Below, piece by piece: positions 16,441 through 26,640 of a stretch of DNA of 64,000 nucleotides. The DNA is taken from the NCBI GenBank assembly GCA_035559435.1, contig DATMBC010000080.1, forward strand, positions 603-64,602, written 5' to 3'. The stretch's first letter is position 1, and every line of letters begins with the position of its first letter. The position numbers and the translations under genes are program-made. The stretch comes from a bacterium. Its GTDB lineage: Bacteria > Zixibacteria > MSB-5A5 > WJJR01. A model generated the notes under the pieces. That model was given only the letters and a program-made list of their open reading frames with translations, ran no database searches and had not been told where the DNA came from.

Positions 16441-19326
16441 TCACCGCTTTATTCCGCCCACGACATCGCGGATGTCGATCACACCGTCGCGGTTGATATC
16501 CCAATCCGGGTCGGGCCTGGTTGACGACTTGCCATAGAGCCATTCGATCATGGCGCGATTGGTCGTGGCCGGCGGCGTCCAGTAGTTGGTCGTGTCGATG
16601 CCCAGATCGACGATCGCCTGTGTCAGCGCGCGCCAGGCCTGCTCGCGTTTCATCAGCGAGAGGGGGAAGTTGAACATGACGGTGGCGGTAGAATCGGTGA
16701 TGCGTTCGACGGCGACGGGTTTGCCGTGCAAGTTGGAGGGTTCGTAAGCGGATTCATACGTGTAGAGAACCTGCGTGTGTTCGTCCAATGATCCCAGGGC
16801 GCCGATGTACGGGATGTACCCGGCGGCGAAGATCGTGTCCACTTGATCGGCCAGCTGCCGGAGATACGGCATGTCCCAGCCGGCCGTGCTGTCTGCCTCC
16901 ACCGACTCATAGCGCGCGTCCACGGATTGCGCGCCCAAAAATTCCCCGCGAAGCCATTGCGTACCCCTTACTGACTTCTCGTAGAACACCGCGTCGACAC
17001 CACAGAATTCTCTCACGATGAATGCTGGACTGTAACATCCGCAGTACCAGAAGTAGTTACCGTGATTTCGTGTTGCGAAGACGGCTCGGCCTCCGCTTGC
17101 CAGATACTTCCTGATCCCGTAAAAGGGCATGAACACTGTGCGCAACGGACTCCTTGAACGGGGATCCTCGTCAACCAAGACAATGCACTGGTAACGAGCC
17201 AGGTACTGAATCGACACGAGCGAATCCCATCGCTGCAAATCGTCGTCGACGATGGTGCTGGTATCGAATCCCATTTGCGCGGCCCAGTTGCCGTAGAACT
17301 CGAGCTGACGTTCGGGATTGTACAGGGACGCGGTTTCCTGTTTGTCGAGAAAGATGATCAAGCCGCGGCGGTCCTTTGTCATCGCGGTGACGGAAACGGC
17401 CGGCGATGGCGGTCCTTCAAGGCCGAGACTGTTCTCCACGGACGCGCGGTAGGAATACCTGGTGCCGATTGCGATGTCGCCGTCGATGTAGGCGTTGGGA
17501 AGCAGGGAGAGATGTCCGCGCCGCGGTTGCCCTGCCGCCGTTGCGCCATCGGTCGCACTCAACGCAATGCGTGCCAGGAGGTGAAAGTCATCTTCGTATT
17601 CGGACTTGCGATACAGATTGACGAACCGCAGAGGTGGGAGCGGCGCGGGTGGCGGGGTCACGCTGATTCTGACGGCGACCACGTTACGGACTGACTCGCA
17701 CGTCAGTTCGGGAACGGTCACCGGGCGCCCGACGATGATGGTGTCGGGGTGTGACAATGGCCCCTGGGTCAGATTCCAATCCAGCGAGGCGACGGCAAAC
17801 TCATACGCCCGTCCGACTTGCAGGCCGGACGCGGTGCTCGCGCGGCGATTCTGGTCGGACTCGGCGACACACTGCCACGATGCCTCTCCCAGCGGACGGG
17901 CAAAGAGGCGATAACCACGCACATGATAGAAAGGTGCTGGTGTCCACTCGCAACGAACGGCATCGCCTGCGTCCGGTGCGGTGGAGATGAATGCGGGCGC
18001 CGCGGCATACAGGTCAAACTGGCCGGCCCAGGCGGCGCGCGCCATTTCCACATTGCGGATCAGGTCGGAAAAGTCGAATTGGCTGTTCAGATTCCCCGGA
18101 TGCTGCGGATCGAAGAGCCGGGCGAAGTCCGCGGGGTGGACATGCACGGAGTCACCCGCGGCCACGGCAATCACAATGCGAATCGAGTCGCCGGGTTCCA
18201 TGTCCGGGAAGCCGAACGACAGGAGGATGCGGGTATCAAGTCCGTTGGCGAGATTTTCGGCCGCCGGTCCCAGGCGAGGTTTCCTCCATCCCTCGCCCGA
18301 CATATCGACCGCCGACCAGAGCTGATCGTAGTCCTTTTCATGATTGGCCATCGTCCAGTAAACCTGCCGCGGACCGCCGGGGAAGTACGGCAAGGAACTG
18401 TTGTAGGAGGGATAATCGGGTGAAGGACGCATCGGCGCCCACGTCAACTGACCGAAATCGGTGGCCCACCAATTGAACGATGTGTCGTGCGGGAGCGGGT
18501 CGGCGAAGACCGGGGCAATTCCCATCGCGCCGACGCTCGAGGTGGGCACCCAGACGGTGTCGCCGTGCGGGTCACCATCGTTGTCGAGGGCATAGGCAAT
18601 CGTGTGCGAGGGAATGAACCCGGCAATATCATCCTTGGGGCCATCCTCTCTCAGGTGGCCGGCGCGCGTGTTGGCGATGTCGGCGTCATCGAAGAAACCC
18701 ACATAGGGTCGCCGGATGGTTTGGCCGGACCGGTTGCGGATCAGGTAGTCGATGAGGATGAAGCGGTCATACGGCGGGCTGGCAAAAGCATGAGACGTTT
18801 GTCGGACCTCGATGCCCGGCGCGCGATCCCATGCTCCGAGGCGATACGATGCAATGGCGGTGTCGTAGTAGACACAGGTAAAGCGCTGGTGACCCCGGAG
18901 GGAGTCGACGTGCCGCTCAATTCGCCGGCGTCCATAGAAGTCGCGCAGGGTGGAGCTGCCCGATGATGCCGCCATGCTGGCCAGCGTGTCGACGCCGCTC
19001 AGGCCCGCAAACCACAGCCCGCCGAGAAAGCTGTACATGCAATCCGATCTGGCCGGGAATTCAAATGACGCATCCCCGCCATCAGTCGTCTGCAGGTCCT
19101 CATCTGGCCCGGGCGCCGAGCCCTCACCCCATCCGCCGAGGGAACCATCATTCCCAACCTTAACGCGGACATTGCCGAAGTCGTGCAGGATTCGCTGACG
19201 GAAGAACTGCGCGGATGAGTTTTCCGCAAGCGCGGACAGCGGACCGGCGGGCGGTGACGCGGCTTGAGCCGGGATCCCGGCAATGAGTACAAAAACGGCA
19301 ACCGTTGTGAGGACGGCCCGTGGCAT
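16441..19326 (-). CDS. Large secreted protein of unknown function with FN3-like repeats and a C-terminal dockerin-like motif
   Basis: Signal peptide MPRAVLTTVAVFVLIAGIPAQA. Two FN3-like stretches. The C-terminus DINRDGVIDIRDVV is dockerin/EF-hand-like. Confidence 0.65.
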   Translation of the reverse strand: MPRAVLTTVAVFVLIAGIPAQAASPPAGPLSALAENSSAQFFRQRILHDFGNVRVKVGNDGSLGGWGEGSAPGPDEDLQTTDGGDASFEFPARSDCMYSFLGGLWFAGLSGVDTLASMAASSGSSTLRDFYGRRRIERHVDSLRGHQRFTCVYYDTAIASYRLGAWDRAPGIEVRQTSHAFASPPYDRFILIDYLIRNRSGQTIRRPYVGFFDDADIANTRAGHLREDGPKDDIAGFIPSHTIAYALDNDGDPHGDTVWVPTSSVGAMGIAPVFADPLPHDTSFNWWATDFGQLTWAPMRPSPDYPSYNSSLPYFPGGPRQVYWTMANHEKDYDQLWSAVDMSGEGWRKPRLGPAAENLANGLDTRILLSFGFPDMEPGDSIRIVIAVAAGDSVHVHPADFARLFDPQHPGNLNSQFDFSDLIRNVEMARAAWAGQFDLYAAAPAFISTAPDAGDAVRCEWTPAPFYHVRGYRLFARPLGEASWQCVAESDQNRRASTASGLQVGRAYEFAVASLDWNLTQGPLSHPDTIIVGRPVTVPELTCESVRNVVAVRISVTPPPAPLPPLRFVNLYRKSEYEDDFHLLARIALSATDGATAAGQPRRGHLSLLPNAYIDGDIAIGTRYSYRASVENSLGLEGPPSPAVSVTAMTKDRRGLIIFLDKQETASLYNPERQLEFYGNWAAQMGFDTSTIVDDDLQRWDSLVSIQYLARYQCIVLVDEDPRSRSPLRTVFMPFYGIRKYLASGGRAVFATRNHGNYFWYCGCYSPAFIVREFCGVDAVFYEKSVRGTQWLRGEFLGAQSVDARYESVEADSTAGWDMPYLRQLADQVDTIFAAGYIPYIGALGSLDEHTQVLYTYESAYEPSNLHGKPVAVERITDSTATVMFNFPLSLMKREQAWRALTQAIVDLGIDTTNYWTPPATTNRAMIEWLYGKSSTRPDPDWDINRDGVIDIRDVVGGIKR

Positions 19327-19409
19327 GGTCCTGGTTCTCAGTGCAATTACCCGCCAGCCCACCCCGTATTCCAGCCAAAATCAAGTGCGCCACCCCATCC
19401 TCCGCCGTG

Positions 19410-19568
19410 GAAGCGGCTCTTGAGCCGCGTCCGCACATCAGGAGCAGGCGCTCCGCCGCAGCGGACCGCCCTCCCACTCGTCGCGCTGGATATCGACGGC
19501 CCGGCCACCGCGCCGCGCGGGAGAAAAGCAGATTCCTCTTTGCCGGCGACGGATCGGAATGACCATGT
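19410..19568. repeat. Intergenic repeat, copy B
   Basis: Same conserved blocks as 16172-16366 in the same orientation, with a shorter central part. Confidence 0.7.
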
Positions 19569-19627
19569 GCGCATGGATCGCCTTGTCCTGCCGGCGTCGG
19601 GCGGGCTTTGCCCGCCGGTTCTGTGAG

Positions 19628-19678
19628 GAATAGAAATCCCAATGACCCACTCGCTTCTGGCGAATGGGTCATTGGGAT
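19628..19678 (-). terminator. Hairpin downstream of hppA
   Basis: 19-bp inverted repeat atcccaatgacccactcgc / gcgaatgggtcattgggat with one mismatch. The trailer on the minus strand is T-rich (ttctatt). Confidence 0.5.
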
Positions 19679-19692
19679 GACGATGAACAGGA

Positions 19693-21876
19693 TTAGATAA
19701 ACAGCGGGGCGAGCACGAGCGTGATCGTGGAGAGCAACTTGATCAGCACGTGGATCGAGGGGCCGGCGGTGTCCTTGAAAGGATCGCCGACGGTGTCGCC
19801 GACCACGCCGGCCTTGTGGGCGTCAGAGCCCTTGCCGCCGTACATGCCGGTCTCGATGAACTTCTTGGCGTTGTCCCAGGCGCCGCCGCCGTTGTTGAGC
19901 ATCGTGGCCATCAAGATGCCGCCGATCGTGCCGACCATCAGCAGGGCCGCCACCGCCTCAGCCGCGATCAGTCGATCTTCCGGAGTAATGAACATGCGGA
20001 AAATAAGGCCCACGGCGATCGGCATGCCGACCGCGAGAATGCCCGGCAGTACCATTTGCTTGAGCGCGCCGCGGGTGACGATGTCCACGCAACGGCCATA
20101 ATCCGGTTTCTCTGTGCCCTTCAGAATGCCCGGCTTCTCCTTGAACTGCTGACGGACATCGTTGATGACGTAGTAGGCCGCCTTGCCCACGGCGCGGATC
20201 GCCAGTGCCGAGAAGAGGAAGACCAGCATCGCGCCCAACAGCGCGCCGACAAAGACCGCGGGCTTGGCGATGTCGATGGCTTTAAACAATTCGTGGTCGC
20301 CGATGTAGTTGCGGATTTCATCCATGTAGGCGGTGAACAGCAGGAAGGCCGCCAGCGCCGCCGAGCCGATGGCATACCCCTTGGTCAAGGCCTTGGTGGT
20401 GTTGCCGACGGCGTCGAGACGGTCGGTCTTGCGGCGGATTTCCTCCGGCTGGTGGCTCATCTCAATGATGCCGCCGGCGTTGTCGGTGATCGGGCCGAAG
20501 GTGTCCATCGCCAGGATGTAGGCAGCGGTGGCCAGCATGCCCATGGTCGCCACCGCGGTGCCGAAGAAGCCGCCGCCGGGCAGCGCCGCCTCGCCGAGGA
20601 AGTAGGAGGCCAGAATCGCGATCGAAATCGTGAGCACCGGCAGCGCGGTGCATTCCAGCGCCACCGCCATGCCGGTGATGATGTTGGTCGCCGGGCCGGT
20701 CTGGCAGGCCTCGGCGATCTCCTTCACCGGACGGTACTTGTATTCGGTGTAGTATTGCGTGATCCAGACAAACGCCACCGAGGTGAGCACGCCGATCAAC
20801 CCGGAGGCGAAGAAGAACATCCAGGCGTTCGGCGCCGCGTCGATGTGCAACAGCCAGCGGGTCGAAATGCCAAAGCCGATCATGGCCAGCACCACCGCGA
20901 TCATGTAGCCGCGGTTGAGCGCCTTCATCGGGTCTTCCTGCTCGTTGGTCTTGACCATCATGATGCCGATGATCGAGGCGATAATACCGAAGGCGCGGGC
21001 GATCAGGGGAAAGAGCATGACACCGATCGACCCGGCGGCGAAGGCGAGCCCCTGCTTTTCGGCGGCCATCGCGATCCCAGCGCCGAGGATCATCGCGCCG
21101 ATGTTTTCGGCGGCGGTGGATTCGAAGAGGTCGGCGCCACGCCCGGCGCAGTCGCCGACGTTGTCGCCGACCAGATCGGCGACCACCGCGGGATTGCGCG
21201 GGTCATCTTCGGGAATGCCGGCTTCGACTTTACCCACCAGATCGGCGCCGACGTCGGCGGCCTTGGTGTAGATACCGCCGCCCAACTGGGCAAAGAGCGC
21301 GACGAACGAGGCGCCGAAGCCATAGCCGACGATCAGAAGCGGGATGCTGGTCAGCTTGACGTCGGTGGTGGCGGCCACCAGCCAGTAGAGACCGCCGACA
21401 CCCAGAAGACTCATCGCCACCACCAGCAGCCCGGAGACCGCGCCGCCGCGCAGGGCGATACGGAGCGCATCATTGAGCGAACGGGTGGAGGCGGAGGCGG
21501 TGCGGATGTTGGAGCGGATGGAAATCCACATGCCGATGAAACCGGCGATGCCGGAGCAGAGAGCGCCGAGCACAAAGGAGAGCGTGATCCACCAGGCCAT
21601 GGCCAATCGTGAACCGACCGGATCGAAGTCATGATGGCCACGCACAAACCCGTAGAGCACAAAAATGACCGCGGCCAGCACAATGGAGAGTTTCGCGATG
21701 GTCCCATACTGGCGGCGCATGAACGCCTCGGCGCCCTCCCTGATGGCGTCCGAGATTGCGCGCATCGCCGGCGTCCCGGTGTCGAAACTCAGCACATGCT
21801 TCGCCAGCCAGATGACGAAGAGCAGACTCGCCACGCTGATGCCGACGATGATGGCCATGTAGCCGTTAATGTCCAT
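19693..21876 (-). CDS. hppA: Membrane-bound H+-translocating pyrophosphatase, K+-independent type
   Basis: 727 aa, polytopic. The GNTTKA motif (Lys variant) is the published K+-independence signature. DVGADLVGK and DNVGDxxG are also present. Confidence 0.95.
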   Translation of the reverse strand: MDINGYMAIIVGISVASLLFVIWLAKHVLSFDTGTPAMRAISDAIREGAEAFMRRQYGTIAKLSIVLAAVIFVLYGFVRGHHDFDPVGSRLAMAWWITLSFVLGALCSGIAGFIGMWISIRSNIRTASASTRSLNDALRIALRGGAVSGLLVVAMSLLGVGGLYWLVAATTDVKLTSIPLLIVGYGFGASFVALFAQLGGGIYTKAADVGADLVGKVEAGIPEDDPRNPAVVADLVGDNVGDCAGRGADLFESTAAENIGAMILGAGIAMAAEKQGLAFAAGSIGVMLFPLIARAFGIIASIIGIMMVKTNEQEDPMKALNRGYMIAVVLAMIGFGISTRWLLHIDAAPNAWMFFFASGLIGVLTSVAFVWITQYYTEYKYRPVKEIAEACQTGPATNIITGMAVALECTALPVLTISIAILASYFLGEAALPGGGFFGTAVATMGMLATAAYILAMDTFGPITDNAGGIIEMSHQPEEIRRKTDRLDAVGNTTKALTKGYAIGSAALAAFLLFTAYMDEIRNYIGDHELFKAIDIAKPAVFVGALLGAMLVFLFSALAIRAVGKAAYYVINDVRQQFKEKPGILKGTEKPDYGRCVDIVTRGALKQMVLPGILAVGMPIAVGLIFRMFITPEDRLIAAEAVAALLMVGTIGGILMATMLNNGGGAWDNAKKFIETGMYGGKGSDAHKAGVVGDTVGDPFKDTAGPSIHVLIKLLSTITLVLAPLFI

Positions 21877-22051
21877 GCTGACATCCCCTTATGCGGTTTG
21901 AGGTTAACCGTTGACCCTGACTGAAAACCCGCCGGACGTTTCAGGTGCGCAAACTTGGCGCGCTTGTGATCCAACCGTCAGGCGGGGCGGCGAAGATACA
22001 TCTGCGCTATGCCCATGTCAAATCCGGATTTGCGGGCCCGAATCGGGCCAG

Positions 22052-22084
22052 AAAAAACCCCCGCCGGCGATCGGCGGGGGTTTT
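22052..22084 (-). terminator. Bidirectional intrinsic terminator after yceI
   Basis: AAAAAA CCCCCGCCG gcgat CGGCGGGGG TTTT. Confidence 0.7.
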
Positions 22085-22107
22085 CGGAGCACGGAATGTC
22101 CTATGGA

Positions 22108-22704
22108 TTACTGCTTTTCCTTGGGGACCACCGCTTCGACCTCGAGGACCAGATCGACCTCGTTGCTGACCACCAGTCCTCCGGCATCGAGGGTCTTGTT
22201 CCAGGCGACGCCGAAGTCCTGACGGTTGATCCTGCCTGAGGCGGTGAAGCCAAGGCGTTTGCCCATCATCGGGTCTTCCATCGCGCCGACCAACTCGACA
22301 TTGAGCGTGACCGGCTTGGTCACACCGCGCATGGTCAGATCGCCGGTGACCTCAAACGATTTCTCGTTCTTGGGAGTGATCGATGTGGACTTAAACGTCA
22401 GGGTCGGAAACGAATCGACCGCGAAGAAATCGGGGCTTTTGAGGTGCTTGTCGCGGCTCTCGGCCTTGGTGTCGATGCTGGCGGCCTGAACGGTAACCTC
22501 GACCATCGATTTGGCGGGATTGGCCGGGTCGTAATTGATGGTGCCGTTGAAGTCGGAAAAATTGCCCTTCACCCGGCTGAGGCCGAAGTGTGTCACGGCA
22601 AAGCCGATGTACGAGTGCGCGCGGTCAAAGACATAGTTCTCGGCCTGGACGGAGACCGCCATGCCCGTGACCATCACAGCGATCAGAGCCAAACGTTTCA
22701 GCAT
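22108..22704 (-). CDS. yceI: YceI-family periplasmic (polyisoprenoid-binding) protein
   Basis: Signal peptide, HSYIGFAVTHFGLSRVKG, SIDTKAESRDKHLKSPDFF and GDLTMRGVTKPV. Confidence 0.9.
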   Translation of the reverse strand: MLKRLALIAVMVTGMAVSVQAENYVFDRAHSYIGFAVTHFGLSRVKGNFSDFNGTINYDPANPAKSMVEVTVQAASIDTKAESRDKHLKSPDFFAVDSFPTLTFKSTSITPKNEKSFEVTGDLTMRGVTKPVTLNVELVGAMEDPMMGKRLGFTASGRINRQDFGVAWNKTLDAGGLVVSNEVDLVLEVEAVVPKEKQ

Positions 22705-22779
22705 CGATCCTCCTGCGATGCCGCGTGGTTTTTCTCGGAGGCGCGCGCGGCTCGCGCCCCGGTTGTTGGTACCGTGATG

Positions 22780-23067
22780 TCAGTCAGATGGATTCAACCG
22801 ATTGTTCCGGCTTGTCTCGAATTCCTCGCGCGAAAAGACCGGCAGCGGGGCCATCTCCTCACCGAAGGTGATCTTACGCGCCACCTGCGCCAGGTGCGCG
22901 GCGGTCATCAGATAGGCCCAGGTCGGGACCAGGAGGTTGCCGCAGCCGCGCACATGCACGGTCTTATCGCGGTACTGCTCCCAGTCATGCCGCGCGAAGG
23001 CCGCGCGCACGCTCTGCTCGCGCAGGATGCCGCCCTCGGCGAATGATTCGAGATCAAAGTGTGGCAT
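22780..23067 (-). CDS. Small DUF2480-like protein linked to the Fe-S assembly genes
   Basis: ILREQSVRAAFARHDWEQYRDKTVHV...LVPTWAYLM resembles DUF2480. The assignment is from memory of the family and was not searched. Confidence 0.4.
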   Translation of the reverse strand: MPHFDLESFAEGGILREQSVRAAFARHDWEQYRDKTVHVRGCGNLLVPTWAYLMTAAHLAQVARKITFGEEMAPLPVFSREEFETSRNNRLNPSD

Positions 23068-23076
23068 TGCGCTCCA

Positions 23077-23460
23077 TCAGGCAGAGAAGGACGTGCCGCA
23101 ACCGCAGGATTTCGCGGCGTTGGGGTTGCTGAACTTGAAGCCGCCCCCCACCAATGCGGTCACATAGTCGATCGTGGTGCCACGCAGATACAGCGCGCTT
23201 TTCAGATCCACGACCACCGGCACACCCTTCACATCAATGACCTTGTCGAATTTCCCCAGCTGATCGTCGAAGGCCAGCTGGTACATCAACCCCGAACAAC
23301 CGCCCCCCTGCACACCGACCCGCAGGTAATGTCCCTGCATCCCCGCCTCCTGCAGACGGCGCTTCACCTCCGTCACGGCGGTTTCGGTCAGATCGATAAT
23401 TGGCAGATCCTGGCTGGCAATCGGCAATTCGTGGGCAGCGCTCTGTGGTGTTTCGCTCAT
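23077..23460 (-). CDS. iscA: IscA/HesB-family Fe-S cluster insertion protein
   Basis: GGCSG and a C-terminal SCGCGTSF cysteine triad. Confidence 0.9.
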   Translation of the reverse strand: MSETPQSAAHELPIASQDLPIIDLTETAVTEVKRRLQEAGMQGHYLRVGVQGGGCSGLMYQLAFDDQLGKFDKVIDVKGVPVVVDLKSALYLRGTTIDYVTALVGGGFKFSNPNAAKSCGCGTSFSA

Positions 23461-23541
23461 AACATTGTCCCCAGCTTGGAGTTAGTGCGTCCAGTTCCGG
23501 GTGGCGAATATAACCAAAAATCAACTCGATTGTTCCAGCAA

Positions 23542-24735
23542 TCAATGGAGCGGGGCCGGTGCCGGGGGACGCTTTGGGGACAAAGCCCTAAGGCGTTCAA
23601 CGACTTCGACGATGCGGTCGATCACGTACTCGACCTCCTCAGCCGTGGTGGAACGTCCCAATCCAAAACGGATCGAGCCCTGCGCCAATTCATCGGGCAG
23701 ACCAATCGCCTTGAGCACATGCGAGGGTTCCACCTCGGCCGAACTGCAGGCCGAGCCGGATGAGAGCGCCACATCCTTGATCGCGGTCAGCACCGCCTCG
23801 GCATCGACGCGCTCGAAGGCGAGATTGAGATTGTTGGGCAAACGCGACTCCAGCGATCCATTGACGCGCACACCGTCGAGCCGCTCCAGCAGCGCGCGCA
23901 TCAGCCGGTCGCGCAGTCCGGCCTGACGCGCCATCTCGCTGTCACGTTCGGCCGTGACCAATTCGATCGCGCGCGCAAAACCGACAATCAGCGGCACCGG
24001 CAGTGTCCCGGAGCGCAGCCCCTGCTCGTGGCCGCCGCCGTCAAGCAACGGCGCCAGTTTAACCCGCGGCTTATATCGGCGGACATAGAGCGCGCCGATG
24101 CCCTTGGGACCATAAATCTTGTGCGCCGACAACGAGAGCAGGTCGACGGCGTCCTCCTGCACATCGAGCGGGATTTTTCCGCAGGCCTGCGACGCATCGG
24201 TATGAAAGTAGACACCGCGTTCGCGGCAGATATGGCCGATTTCCCGGATCGGCTGGATCGTGCCGACTTCGTTGTTGGCGGCCATCACCGAGACCAGCAA
24301 CGTCCGATCAGTGATGGCATCGCGGATGCTCTGCGGATCGACCATCCCCGCGGCATCGACCGGAATCACCGTGAGTCGAATGCCCTGCTGTTCGAGACGT
24401 CGTGCCGTGTCGAGGACGGCGTTGTGCTCGATGGCCGAGACAATCAAATGATCGCGATTGCCGGTCTGGGCGGCGAAGGCGCCCTTGAGGGCCAAGTTGT
24501 CCGATTCGGTGGCGCCGGAGGTAAAGATGATCTCTTTGGGCTCGGCGCCGAGGGCGGCGGCGATGGTCGCGCGCGCCTTCTCGACCGCCTCCTGCGCTTC
24601 CCAGCCAAAGGCGTGCGTGACTGAGGCGGCGTTGCCGAAACGCTCGGAGAAATACGGGAGCATCGCCTCCAGCACCCGCGGATCGACCGGGGTGGTGGCA
24701 TGGTGATCCATGTAGATGGGCAGAGTCACGCTCAT
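23542..24735 (-). CDS. iscS: Cysteine desulfurase (NifS/IscS class I)
   Basis: [32 protein letters not shown] (PLP Lys) and SSGSACSS (active Cys). Confidence 0.9.
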   Translation of the reverse strand: MSVTLPIYMDHHATTPVDPRVLEAMLPYFSERFGNAASVTHAFGWEAQEAVEKARATIAAALGAEPKEIIFTSGATESDNLALKGAFAAQTGNRDHLIVSAIEHNAVLDTARRLEQQGIRLTVIPVDAAGMVDPQSIRDAITDRTLLVSVMAANNEVGTIQPIREIGHICRERGVYFHTDASQACGKIPLDVQEDAVDLLSLSAHKIYGPKGIGALYVRRYKPRVKLAPLLDGGGHEQGLRSGTLPVPLIVGFARAIELVTAERDSEMARQAGLRDRLMRALLERLDGVRVNGSLESRLPNNLNLAFERVDAEAVLTAIKDVALSSGSACSSAEVEPSHVLKAIGLPDELAQGSIRFGLGRSTTAEEVEYVIDRIVEVVERLRALSPKRPPAPAPLH

Positions 24736-24902
24736 GGGCCGCTTACCAAGTTAACCACACAAAAGAAGTTACGTTAGTGATCTTCGTCAGTTTGCCGCCG
24801 GGACGCCAAACGGGCTTGATCGGCGGGAAATCGCAGGTTAACCTATGCTCAAGAGCTCCCCGGCCCGTCCGTCCGGTGTACGACACAAGAAGGAGAACGG
24901 CC

Positions 24903-25346
24903 ATGACCGCTGTCGGTTCGATCATTGCACAGGGCATTCCACTGAAGTGGATTCCGGTGAGCGCAAGCGTGTTGGATGCGGTCAAGATCATGGTTGGGCA
25001 CGATGTCGGCGCGCTGCCGGTCCTCGATGAGGACCGTCTGGTCGGCGTCTTCTCCGAGCGCGATCTGATGAAACGCGTCATCGTCAAGGGGCTGGACCCC
25101 TCGCGCACCCGCGTCGCCGATGTAATGAGCCGCGACATCTACGCGACCGATGTCACCGATGATCATTCCGTGGCGATGCGGATCATGTCGGAGCAGCGGG
25201 TACGGCATCTGCCGGTCCTGGACCGGGGACGTCTGGCGGGGTTCCTGTCGATGCGCGATCTGATGCGGGCCGAGCTGGAAGGCAAGGAGTTCGAGATCAA
25301 GTCGCTGACCGACTACATCTACTACGTTCCGCCCACGCCGGAGTAA
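24903..25346 (+). CDS. CBS-domain pair protein
   Basis: Two CBS repeats (GALPVLDEDRLVGVFSERDL and RHLPVLDRGRLAGFLSMRDL). GGAG lies before ATG 24903. Confidence 0.8.
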   Translation: MTAVGSIIAQGIPLKWIPVSASVLDAVKIMVGHDVGALPVLDEDRLVGVFSERDLMKRVIVKGLDPSRTRVADVMSRDIYATDVTDDHSVAMRIMSEQRVRHLPVLDRGRLAGFLSMRDLMRAELEGKEFEIKSLTDYIYYVPPTPE

Positions 25347-25404
25347 TCGTCCGCTCCCTGCCAGGTTGCTGAGGAAGTCAGCTCCGACGCGAGAATCGGT
25401 CAAT

Positions 25405-25484
25405 GTCATGCTGAGCGAGGCGAAGCATAGGCTGTTTTCACCTCTGTGCCAGAAAAGCAGACCCTTCGCTCCGCTCAGGGTGAC
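25405..25484. repeat. Imperfect 21-bp inverted repeat (REP/MITE-like)
   Basis: gtcatgctgagcgaggcgaag ... cttcgctccgctcagggtgac. The arms are near-complementary with a 38-nt spacer. Confidence 0.5.
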
Positions 25485-25577
25485 AATGCGAGATTCCGGG
25501 TCTTTCAGCAACCTGCTGGTCTACTAACCGAAGCGAAGGGGCGCGGTTGGCCGCGCTCCTTGATGTTTTCGCCTTGC

Positions 25578-26492
25578 CTATCCCGCCGCGGGTGGCGCGG
25601 CCGCGGCACCCTTGTCGCCGCCTCCGCCGCTGCGACGGCGTCGGAAGAATCGTCGGCGATTGCGGCGGCGCTGTTGTTGCTGCTCCCTGGCGGCGTCATC
25701 GGCGACGGGTTTCGCCTCGCCGGCTTGCGCCGCGGGCTGCGGCTGCTTCGACGGCTTGGGTTGCTGGGCTTGCTGCTGCGGTTGCGCTTGTCCCGAACGG
25801 CCGCCGCGTCCGCGTCGCCGCCGGCGATCGCCGCGTCCGGCGCCCTCCTGGGGCGTGGCCTGTTGCTGCGGCTGCTGTTGCGGCTGCCGCGGCTGCTGCC
25901 CCTGACGGCGCTCGCCGCCGCGGCTTTCGGGTTGCGCAGATGGGCGTTGCTGTCCCGAACGTCCCGCCGGCTGTTTTTCCGCCTGCGGAACTTTCTCGCC
26001 GGCGTCCTTCAGGTAGGCGGTGAGAAACTCGGAAGAGAGGCCGGGGAGGCGGAGCTTCATGTCTTCCAGGAGCGCCTCGAAGCCGTCAGGTTCAAACGAG
26101 CGGATGTACTGCCGCACCGAGCCGTAAATCTGCCGCACCCGCCACAGCGATTCGGCCCAGGCGATGATCGACTCGGCCTTGTCGGCCATGCGGGCGTTGA
26201 AGTCGCCGCCCACCGCGGCGATGGCGTCGCGCACATCCGCGGGGTTGTAGGTGGACAGACGCAGCAGATTCATGCCGGCCAGCGCCTGCACCGCGCGCGG
26301 CCAGACCTCATCGAATTCGGGGATGTCGCCGCCGGTGCGCAGGACTTTCAGGAGCAGCAGCTCGAAGTACGCCTGATCGGCCCGCGGCTTTTCGCCGGGG
26401 ACATAGTGCCGGAACGGCGACTCTTCCGGCTCGGCCACCGCAACATCGCCGGTCTTGGCGGTCTTCTGACCCTGTTGTTGGACCTTTGCCAT
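25578..26492 (-). CDS. Tag-like (HhH) domain protein with a long Arg/Gln-rich disordered C-terminal tail
   Basis: The first ~170 aa (DQAYFELLLLKVLRTGGDI..., SFEPDGFEALLEDM..) resemble 3-methyladenine glycosylase I. The last ~130 aa are low complexity (QQPRQPQQQPQQQ, RRRRRGRGGR). Confidence 0.4.
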   Translation of the reverse strand: MAKVQQQGQKTAKTGDVAVAEPEESPFRHYVPGEKPRADQAYFELLLLKVLRTGGDIPEFDEVWPRAVQALAGMNLLRLSTYNPADVRDAIAAVGGDFNARMADKAESIIAWAESLWRVRQIYGSVRQYIRSFEPDGFEALLEDMKLRLPGLSSEFLTAYLKDAGEKVPQAEKQPAGRSGQQRPSAQPESRGGERRQGQQPRQPQQQPQQQATPQEGAGRGDRRRRRGRGGRSGQAQPQQQAQQPKPSKQPQPAAQAGEAKPVADDAAREQQQQRRRNRRRFFRRRRSGGGGDKGAAAAPPAAG

Positions 26493-26640
26493 GGGGACCA
26501 ATATCGCCCGTTTTGGACCGACAATCAACAGAGGAGAGGGGGGCGGGGAATGTGATGATAGATCAACCAAAGATCGGTAGCCAAGAAGAGAGCTTGCACC
26601 GCTATTGATCTAATCGATGTGTACAGGTAGATTGCTTGAC

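Noticed and set aside
25600-25960. Repetitive gcggctgc/ctgctg tracts that look like a tandem repeat or CRISPR-like array.
   Set aside because: They are irregular codon-level low complexity encoding the Arg/Gln-rich tail of 25578-26492. There are no unit repeats with spacers.
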